NCBI GenBank assembly: GCA_050250255.1
Contig: JBFWOZ010000062.1
Span: forward strand, 1 to 13,937
Direction of reading: 5' to 3'
DNA length: 13,937 bases
Source of the DNA: Bdellovibrionales bacterium
GTDB taxonomy: Bacteria > Bdellovibrionota > Bdellovibrionia > Bdellovibrionales > DASUEL01
Under the pieces are notes generated by a model. It saw only the letters and a list, made by a program, of their open reading frames with translations, made no database searches and was not told where the DNA came from. Shown one piece after another: positions 7,136 to 13,937 of the stretch (its first letter is position 1; each line of letters opens with the position of its first letter). The position numbers were made by a program, and so were the translations under genes.

Positions 7136-8599
7136 ATGGAATTTACAAAAATTCGAAATGATTTTTCTGTCTATGTAGTCGATAGCGATCAGTCGAGTGG
7201 GGACCTCGCAACAGAGGCTCTTCGCGGTGTAGGGTATCACGTAGAAACTTTCCGCAAAGGTGAGGACGTTATTCTAGAAGCGACAAGACACCCCCCTCAT
7301 ATCATACTGACTGGAACTTACCTTATGGGTATGACCGGACTTCAGCTTTTGAGAAACATTAAAAATCTCAGCCCTGATATTCATGTGGTTTTCATGTCGA
7401 CCTACGCAGAAAACACTCTCACTCTTGAGGCTATTCAATCGGGAGCTTTTGATCGCATTTACAAACCGATTCAAGAGATTAATGAAATCATTACGACCGT
7501 TGATCGTGTTGCTGAGAAGATGTTTTTAGAAGCTTCCAACGAAGAACTGTACGCCAAGCTCGTGGCTAGTCGTTCGGCTCAGAAGAGACTTCGTAACCGA
7601 TTTAAATTTGAAAGAAAGTTTTTTCAGCAAATTCAGTCGCTCACGGGAACGCTGACAAAGTCTAAAGACACCCATGAGCTGATTCAAAATTTTCTAAAAG
7701 CGAGCCACAATACATTTGTCGAAACTCCGGTGGCATTTTTTAGATACTTACCGCTCCAGGATCAATTTATTCTCGCCCAGACGGCGGGATTGGATCAGGA
7801 ATCTCTCCAAGGGTTGCAACTAGAACTTTCGCCCGCGCAAATAGAACAAGACCCCGATGCTTTAAACGACTACACCATCTCCATTTTTGAAAAAGAAGGA
7901 TTTGAGTTTCGTTTCTTAAAAGAGGGTCCTCAAGTAATTGGCCTTTTTTTATTTTTGAAAAGCTTCAATGATCCGTTCGAAAAGAAATGTTTGTCTCAGC
8001 TATTTGAAATTTTTGAATTGAATTATCAAAAGCAGAGTTTTCAGAAAAAGCTTCATGAAAACACTATTTTTGATGAGGTCACGGGCATCTATACAAAATC
8101 CCAATTCCAAACACGGATTGCGGAAGAAATTAGCCGCTCTCGTCGCCTTTCTTTGCCAGTCTCTGTTTTACATATTGGTATTGATTCTGCTTATGAAATG
8201 AAACAAGGGCTCATGCCGAGCGAATGGAATGTGTTAGTGAGAGGTGTCGCTCAAAGTCTTAAAAAAACAAGTCGCGTGAACGACATTATTGCTCGTTATT
8301 CGGATCACGAGTTAGTCGTCATTCTTCCGCATACGGATCGTATGGGGGCGGCTATCAAGGCAGAAAAGTTTCGACGCTTTGTCGAGAGAACTCAGTTTTT
8401 AGAAAATAAGAATTTAAATATCTCGGTGACAGTTGGTGTGAGTGAATATCCTACGCTTTCTATGGATGCAGAAAATTTAGCATTGTCAGCGGATGCGGCT
8501 TACTTTCAAGTTAAAAAGATTGGCAACAAAGTGTGTATGGCCTCGGCTCCGCGCGGGTTGCAACCAGACTTTGAGGTGTCAACAGATCTTGGGACGTGA
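7136..8599 (+). CDS. Pseudo-receiver + GAF-like + degenerate GGDEF protein; probable c-di-GMP receptor (CdgA-like)
   Basis: REC fold motifs VYVVDSD, PHIILTG, VVFMST and RIYKP. GGDEF-domain motifs DEVTGIY, RVND-IIARY-SDHEL-VVILP, VTVGVSEYP, ADAAYF and GNKV. Confidence 0.88.
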   Translation: MEFTKIRNDFSVYVVDSDQSSGDLATEALRGVGYHVETFRKGEDVILEATRHPPHIILTGTYLMGMTGLQLLRNIKNLSPDIHVVFMSTYAENTLTLEAIQSGAFDRIYKPIQEINEIITTVDRVAEKMFLEASNEELYAKLVASRSAQKRLRNRFKFERKFFQQIQSLTGTLTKSKDTHELIQNFLKASHNTFVETPVAFFRYLPLQDQFILAQTAGLDQESLQGLQLELSPAQIEQDPDALNDYTISIFEKEGFEFRFLKEGPQVIGLFLFLKSFNDPFEKKCLSQLFEIFELNYQKQSFQKKLHENTIFDEVTGIYTKSQFQTRIAEEISRSRRLSLPVSVLHIGIDSAYEMKQGLMPSEWNVLVRGVAQSLKKTSRVNDIIARYSDHELVVILPHTDRMGAAIKAEKFRRFVERTQFLENKNLNISVTVGVSEYPTLSMDAENLALSADAAYFQVKKIGNKVCMASAPRGLQPDFEVSTDLGT

Positions 8600-9732
8600 G
8601 CGTGGTTCATCGGCTAAGGGGTACTTACGCAGAAATTCATCTTCCCCACTTAGCGGAAAACTACCGTACGCTCCGTAGTCTCTTGCCTTCTGAAAATTTT
8701 TTTTGCCCGATGATCAAAGCAAATGCCTACGGTCATGGGGATAAAGAAGTGGCCCTAGTCCTTCAAGATGCCGGTGCAGAACACGTGGGTGTGGTTCTTG
8801 TTGAAGAGGGGATTCGGCTCCGTGAGGCGGGCATCTCTATGGGAATTTTGGTTTTTGGTACATTTGATTCTGCCGCCGCTCAAGAATTTGTCCGTTACGA
8901 TCTCACTCCGGTCATTAGTAGTTGGCAGAGCCTCAAGATCTTTGAGGAGTCTTTGGAGAGCGATGCCTATTTAAGAGTGCATTTGAAATTTAATACCGGG
9001 ATGAATCGTTTGGGTTTTGAAGTAGAAGATGCCAAAAGATTAGCCCAGCACATGTCGGAGCAGTCCCGTTTTCAAGTCGTTGGCCTGTGTACACATTTGC
9101 TGAATGGAGAGGATGCCGGTATTGCTGACGGTTATTCTTCAAAGCAACAAGAAAGATTCTTAATGGTTCAAAAAGAATTTTCAGATCCTAAGATTCAAAT
9201 TCATTATTTGAATAGCTCAGCACTTTTAATGAATGTGGATTCTACATCTGGCGCTAGACCAGGAATTTCTATGTATGGCATTTACCCCCCTACTCACAAG
9301 AAACCTTCCGTACTTTTAAAACCGGTCATGAGTTTTCATAGCCATATCGCTCTTCTCCACCAGGTCAAAAAGGGTGAGGTTGTCTCTTACGGGGCGAAAT
9401 GGAAGGCCGAAAGAGATTCCATGATTGGATTAGTGCCTGTTGGCTATGCGGATGGTTACCCTAGAAGTCTCACGAATCGTGGACAGATGCTCGTCAGAGG
9501 AAAAAGAGTTCCGGTCACGGGAATTGTCTGCATGGATTATACGATGGTGAATTTAACAGATCTCCATTTACAAAAGCCTATCGAGCTCAACGAAGAAGTT
9601 GTGCTTTTCGGAAAGCAACTCGGACAAACTTTAAGTGTGCAGGAGTTAGCGGATTTAGCGGGAACGATTCCCTACGAAATAGTCACTCGCTTGGGAGCAA
9701 GGGTTTCAAAATCTTTTATTTATGAACATTAA
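8596..9732 (+). CDS. alr: Alanine racemase
   Basis: PLP-lysine motif MIKANAYGHG plus HLKFNTGMNRLG, RPGISMYG, catalytic Tyr in VSYG, PVGYADGY, GIVCMD and GTIPYE. The GTG start overlaps the upstream TGA (GTGA). No signal peptide. Confidence 0.96.
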   Translation: MSVVHRLRGTYAEIHLPHLAENYRTLRSLLPSENFFCPMIKANAYGHGDKEVALVLQDAGAEHVGVVLVEEGIRLREAGISMGILVFGTFDSAAAQEFVRYDLTPVISSWQSLKIFEESLESDAYLRVHLKFNTGMNRLGFEVEDAKRLAQHMSEQSRFQVVGLCTHLLNGEDAGIADGYSSKQQERFLMVQKEFSDPKIQIHYLNSSALLMNVDSTSGARPGISMYGIYPPTHKKPSVLLKPVMSFHSHIALLHQVKKGEVVSYGAKWKAERDSMIGLVPVGYADGYPRSLTNRGQMLVRGKRVPVTGIVCMDYTMVNLTDLHLQKPIELNEEVVLFGKQLGQTLSVQELADLAGTIPYEIVTRLGARVSKSFIYEH

Positions 9733-10513
9733 AACGATGAATCCACTCTATTGGGGAAAACAAGTTATCGAGGATGTAGGAATTTTTTCTACATTCGTAT
9801 TGGAATCCATACGCTGGGGTTTTCGCAAGCCATTTCGTTATAATGAGTTAATTGCTCATATTGAATTCATCGGAAACAAATCAGTTTTGATTATTACTCT
9901 CACTGGTGCGTTTACGGGAATGGTCTTCTCGTTTCAGGTGTATCAAGGTTTTAAAATTGTGAATGCGCAAAACCTCGTAGGTCCAACAGTAGCTCTTGGA
10001 ATTACACGAGAGTTGGGGCCGGTATTGACGGGCTTGATCGTGGCGGCACGAGCGGGTGGAGCTATGGCGGCACGAATTGGTACGATGAGAGTGACGGAGC
10101 AAATCGATGCACTTGAAGTGATGGGAGTAAACCCAAAACAATACCTCGCGGCCCCTCGTTTGTTAGCCGCATTGATTGCCACTCCTTTACTGACCGCACT
10201 TTTTATTTACGTGGCTCTCATAGGGGCACATTTTCTTTGTGTGAATTTATTGGGATTAGATGAGGCCATTTTTTTGAACAAAGTTTATTTATTCTTAGAG
10301 CCCAAAGACATTGCTCAAGGATTGATAAAAGCCGCTGTGTTTGGATTTATTTTTTCGACCATATGTATTTATAAAGGTTTTTTCACTAAGGGTGGCGCAC
10401 GTGGAGTAGGAAACGCTACGAATGAGGGTGTTGTTGCAAGTATGGTTCTCATCATTGTTTCCGATTATTTTATCACAAACTTAGCCGTTATTTTTTACAG
10501 GATTTTTCGATGA
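9722..10513 (+). CDS. mlaE: MlaE-family ABC transporter permease
   Basis: RELGPVLTGLIVAARAGGAMAARIGTMRVTEQIDALEVMGVNP, YLAAPRLLA and GGARGVGNAT. The start could be 9737 instead. Confidence 0.95.
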   Translation: MNIKTMNPLYWGKQVIEDVGIFSTFVLESIRWGFRKPFRYNELIAHIEFIGNKSVLIITLTGAFTGMVFSFQVYQGFKIVNAQNLVGPTVALGITRELGPVLTGLIVAARAGGAMAARIGTMRVTEQIDALEVMGVNPKQYLAAPRLLAALIATPLLTALFIYVALIGAHFLCVNLLGLDEAIFLNKVYLFLEPKDIAQGLIKAAVFGFIFSTICIYKGFFTKGGARGVGNATNEGVVASMVLIIVSDYFITNLAVIFYRIFR

Positions 10514-11361
10514 CCGCTAAAACTAATGAACAAATCATTCAAGAGCCTCCATTTACAGAAGACGAAGTGGCCATACAAGTCACGGGTCTTAAAAAAACTT
10601 TTAATGGAACAGATTTTGTTCTCAATGGTCTCAACCTAAGCATTCCTAAAGGGAAAATAACGGTTTTGATTGGATTTAGTGGTACCGGAAAAAGTGTGTT
10701 GATGAAACATCTGATGGGATTAGAAAAACCCACGGAAGGTTCGATACATATTTTGGGCGAGAATCTCACCATTATGACAGATGAACTTATCACTCTTTTT
10801 CGTCGCCGCTTTGGCGTGCTTTTTCAAAACGCAGCACTATTTGATGATATGACAGCGGCAGAGAATGTAATGTTTCCCCTCATGGAACACAGACCCGACC
10901 TTCGTCGCAATCAACAGAAGGATGTGGCCGTAGGCAAGCTAAAGCAAGTGGGGATCGTTGAAAAAGATTTTGATAAACTCCCCAATGAGCTCAGTGGTGG
11001 GATGCGGAAACGAGTAGGCCTTGCACGTGCTATAGCCCTAGATCCAGAAATCATCTTTTATGATGAGCCAACAACGGGTTTGGATCCCATTATGACAGAA
11101 ATGGTGGATAATTTAATATTAGGCACACATAAAAGCCGTGAAGGTTTGACTTCAATTGTGATTTCTCATGATTTGTCAGCCGCTTTTAGAATTGGTGATT
11201 ATGTGGCGATGTTAGATAAAGGGCAGATTTTGCTTTTTGGAACGCCTAAAGATTTTTTTGAAACGGATATTGAGCTCGTTCATCGATTTGTAACTAAAGG
11301 TTTACATCGAGAAACGCGTCATGGGGGGAACAACAAGAATGAACCTACTGAAGTCAGCTGA
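10510..11361 (+). CDS. mlaF: MlaF-family ABC transporter ATP-binding protein
   Basis: Walker A GFSGTGKS, Q-loop FQNAALFD, signature LSGGMRKRVGLARA, Walker B IIFYDEPTTGLDP and H-loop ISHD. ATGA overlap with mlaE. Confidence 0.95.
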   Translation: MTAKTNEQIIQEPPFTEDEVAIQVTGLKKTFNGTDFVLNGLNLSIPKGKITVLIGFSGTGKSVLMKHLMGLEKPTEGSIHILGENLTIMTDELITLFRRRFGVLFQNAALFDDMTAAENVMFPLMEHRPDLRRNQQKDVAVGKLKQVGIVEKDFDKLPNELSGGMRKRVGLARAIALDPEIIFYDEPTTGLDPIMTEMVDNLILGTHKSREGLTSIVISHDLSAAFRIGDYVAMLDKGQILLFGTPKDFFETDIELVHRFVTKGLHRETRHGGNNKNEPTEVS

Positions 11362-12721
11362 ACTTCGGGTTGGTTTTTTTGTTATCATCATTTTGGTGAT
11401 GATCGCTCTTCTCTCTATGCAAGCCAGTGAAGATCCGGGATATCTGGGCAGTTCCAAACACTACAAATTTAAATTAGACGACGCTAGCGGACTCATCGTA
11501 AGAAGTGCGGTGAAGGTTGCAGGGATTGATGTTGGTATCATTAAAAAAATGAGTTTCGACCGTGGCAAAGCTTTAATAGAAGTAGCCATGCGGGGCGATG
11601 TTCTCGTGACAACTTCGGCAGCTATTGAAGTTCGACCTAACGGCATTTTGGGAGATAAGTATGTTGAAATCCTTCCCGGAAATCCTGATGATTCTCCGTT
11701 AGAAAATGGTGCTGAAATTTTGATTGTGAACAATCGCGCTTCGATGGATGTGATCATGAAGGAAATAGGTAAGATCACCGAGTCGGTTTCGGAAGTGACG
11801 GAATCCTTGAAGCTCGCCGTGAAAGACGGAAACGAAAATTCAGGACCGCTCGCTCGAATCATTCATAACATTGAACGTCTGAGCAAAGATTTGGCCGATT
11901 TAAGTCACGGCAATAAAGATAAGCTCAATGAAATCGTGGATAATGTTCATCGTATTACTGACACGATTGATGGAATCGTGAGTGACGAAACGGATGAGGG
12001 TCTGAAGGCATCCTGGAGAAAGGTGGCGAGCAGTATCTCGAACATCGAAGAAGTCACGGAGAAGTTAAATAGCGGCAAAGGAACTATTGGTCGTTTGATC
12101 AACGATGAAGAGACCGTTGAGAAGTTAAATACGACAATCGACGGTGTGAATAGTTTTGTAGGTGGCGCGAATAAGATGACGACAGCCATCGATTTTCACT
12201 CCGAATACTTAATGGAGCAGTCTCTTGCAAAAAGTTATATCGGCATGCGACTCCAGCCAGGTTTAGATCGTTACTACGAATTAGCGATCGTGGATGATCC
12301 AAAGGGTGTCGTTGAACGTGTCGACACGACAACCACAGTGAATCCAGGCCCTAACGAATCGACAAATAAAACGAGAGAAATTAAATCCTTCAAAAACAAA
12401 ATCAAGTTCACGGCCCTTTTCGCGAAGAATTTTTATAACTTCACGGTGAAGGGCGGTTTGATTGAGAGTAGTGGTGGTTTGGGTTTTGATCTTCACTTCT
12501 TTAAGCGCTCACTCCGCTGGTCGACAGAGGCCTATGAGTTTTCTAACAATCCGCCGCACTTGAGAAGTTCTCTTCGCTACAATTTCTACCGTGGGATTTA
12601 CCTCATCGGTGGAGCCGATGACATCCTTTCTAAGGGCGGAACTTACTCCTCATTCCTTGGTGCCGGTATCGATCTCACCAACGACGACTTGAAGCTGCTG
12701 CTTTCGAAATCTCCGTTTTAG
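11339..12721 (+). CDS. mlaD: MlaD/MCE-family protein with helical extension and C-terminal beta-barrel-like domain
   Basis: N-terminal TM (ELRVGFFVIIILVMIALLSM), MCE motifs (DASGL..RSAVKVAGIDVGII, GILGDKYVEILPG), a heptad-rich middle and a beta-strand-rich C-terminus. Start 11339 is preferred over 11321 because GGGGGGA lies about 9 nt upstream of it. Confidence 0.92.
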   Translation: MNLLKSAELRVGFFVIIILVMIALLSMQASEDPGYLGSSKHYKFKLDDASGLIVRSAVKVAGIDVGIIKKMSFDRGKALIEVAMRGDVLVTTSAAIEVRPNGILGDKYVEILPGNPDDSPLENGAEILIVNNRASMDVIMKEIGKITESVSEVTESLKLAVKDGNENSGPLARIIHNIERLSKDLADLSHGNKDKLNEIVDNVHRITDTIDGIVSDETDEGLKASWRKVASSISNIEEVTEKLNSGKGTIGRLINDEETVEKLNTTIDGVNSFVGGANKMTTAIDFHSEYLMEQSLAKSYIGMRLQPGLDRYYELAIVDDPKGVVERVDTTTTVNPGPNESTNKTREIKSFKNKIKFTALFAKNFYNFTVKGGLIESSGGLGFDLHFFKRSLRWSTEAYEFSNNPPHLRSSLRYNFYRGIYLIGGADDILSKGGTYSSFLGAGIDLTNDDLKLLLSKSPF

Positions 12722-12726
12722 TTCTG

Positions 12727-13596
12727 TCATTCTCTAGCAATCTGCCGAACCATATCTGGAAGCCATTTTTGAATCGGCGAGGGTTGATAAGCGAATTGAC
12801 TTAGGTTCTGCGTATTCATGTACCAATCCTTTCCGATCCCAAAAGGAGAGGTCTCACCAAGCTTAGGATCAGAAACTACATTCGCCTTCTTGCCTAATAC
12901 TTCCTCTAAAACTTCAATGAATTCCTTTAGTGCGATAGGTTCTGTTGAACAGCAATTGATCGGTCCTGGGTTAAATGTCTCTGAGAACGATGCTAAAAAT
13001 CCAGCTGCATCATAAGAAGAGATAAATGAAATTTTCGCCTCTAGGTTAGGAAAGTAAATAGGCTTGTTTTCGAGAATTGCACGAACGTGAAAGTGAAGAC
13101 GTCTATCGTGATCGTCTTCCCCTAGGACAATTGGGAATCTAACAGATGCTATCGGAAAATCAGCAGTTTTAAAAAAAGTAGCTTCTGCCTGACGCTTAGC
13201 TTCTCCATAATCTACATCTCGAGTAATCGCTTTTCCAAAAGAATAGGCTGCAGGTTCAAAGGCAGTTTCTTTTATGGCTTCGCCAGGTCCATAAACAGAC
13301 TGTGAGGAGGTGAATACATATTGTTGGGTTCTCCCAGAAAAAGTTTGGCAAGCGCCCTCGGCTTCGAACGAATCATAACAAACTTGATCAAAAACTAAAT
13401 TCCACTTTTGGTTTCCGAGAATTGGATGCTGCTCTTTTAATTCTTTGCGATTAAAATGGATTCGATTTACCAGATTATTGAAGTCGTCTAGTCTCTGACC
13501 TCGGGTTAAAAGAGTAATCTCGTGACCTTGATTTAATAAATTATTGGTAAGTTTTTTTCCAAAAAATCTATTCCCACCAATAATTAGAATTTTCAT
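12727..13596 (-). CDS. NAD(P)-dependent epimerase/dehydratase family protein (atypical SDR)
   Basis: Rossmann motif MKILIIGGNRFFG, YVFTSSQSVY, YxxxK (YGEAK) and VRFPIVLG. Confidence 0.88.
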   Translation of the reverse strand: MKILIIGGNRFFGKKLTNNLLNQGHEITLLTRGQRLDDFNNLVNRIHFNRKELKEQHPILGNQKWNLVFDQVCYDSFEAEGACQTFSGRTQQYVFTSSQSVYGPGEAIKETAFEPAAYSFGKAITRDVDYGEAKRQAEATFFKTADFPIASVRFPIVLGEDDHDRRLHFHVRAILENKPIYFPNLEAKISFISSYDAAGFLASFSETFNPGPINCCSTEPIALKEFIEVLEEVLGKKANVVSDPKLGETSPFGIGKDWYMNTQNLSQFAYQPSPIQKWLPDMVRQIARE

Positions 13597-13812
13597 TCTA
13601 TTCTTAAATCAACCTCTGAATGAGCTGTCAATAAGGAGAATTTTTTTTCGATCATTTCTGTTATGGAAATCACTGACTTGATGTGCTAGTGTAAAAATAA
13701 TTTGACGTGTTTTCATCGTCTCATTTGAACTTGTGTTTAGATATTTTATAAATTTCTTTTATTTTAATTCGTTCTTAAAATGCATTCGTCATAAACGGAT
13801 TACTAGCGTTTA

Positions 13813-13937
13813 TGATCTTCCCCCCTTTGGATGGACACGTTTTTAAGAAAAACTAGCCAAGAAAAGGGAGAATTTTATGGCACTTAGGTCTTACTCGAAA
13901 TATTCTGATGACTTTAAAAGTCAGGCCGTTCGGTTGG
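13813..13937 (+). mobile_element. Left end of an IS3-family insertion sequence (truncated by the window)
   Basis: The 5'-TG terminus TGATCTTCCCCCCTTTGGATGGACAC (13813-13838) resembles IS3-type terminal repeats (TGATC...CCC...TGGACAC). It is followed by an SD and an OrfA-like reading frame. Confidence 0.82.
13877..13937 (+). CDS. IS3-family transposase OrfA N-terminus (partial)
   Basis: SD GGGAG at 13866-13870. MALRSYSKYSDDFKSQAVRL... matches the HTH_Tnp_1 start pattern (xYSxEFKxxAVxL). Confidence 0.82.
   Translation, partial: MALRSYSKYSDDFKSQAVRL

Noticed and set aside
5122..8599. Kinase and GGDEF genes as pseudogenes
   Set aside because: Both frames are full length without stops or frameshifts, structural motifs are kept, and translational coupling is intact.
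8596..9732. Racemase as a periplasmic broad-spectrum racemase for prey-wall editing
   Set aside because: No signal peptide and canonical Alr motifs; best read as the housekeeping cytoplasmic enzyme.
12059..12131. 13-bp direct repeat GAGAAGTTAAATA at 60-bp spacing in mlaD
   Set aside because: Explained by a repeated EKLN helical segment in the protein.
13609..13716. 35-aa minus-strand ORF (MKTRQIIFTLAHQVSDFHNRNDRKKILLIDSSFRG) upstream of the SDR gene
   Set aside because: Short, weak SD and no recognisable motif. It could be a gene remnant next to the IS but cannot be supported from sequence alone.

Overview
Bacterial chromosomal window whose gene content and protein style suggest Bdellovibrionota or a related deltaproteobacterial lineage (inference). 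Left arm, minus strand: nadB, then a COG4313-like outer-membrane beta-barrel and a 570-aa lipoprotein, converging on the 3' end of a plus-strand gene. Right arm, plus strand: a tightly coupled six-gene operon (5122-12721) of a Cache/HAMP histidine-kinase-like protein, a REC-(GAF-like)-GGDEF protein, alr, mlaE, mlaF and a long mlaD. A convergent NAD(P)-binding SDR/epimerase and the left end of an IS3-family element follow. Three observations stand out. (1) The signalling pair looks catalytically dead at every step: His->Asn with a degenerate ATP pocket, receiver Asp->Gly, and GGDEF->SDHEL with an intact RxxD I-site, resembling Bdellovibrio CdgA. (2) MlaD carries a C-terminal beta-barrel-like domain, consistent with a minimal trans-envelope MlaEFD bridge. 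(3) The 206-bp divergent intergenic region is highly structured, with overlapping promoter candidates, a possible attenuator in the nadB leader and phased AGGA-containing repeats in the operon leader.
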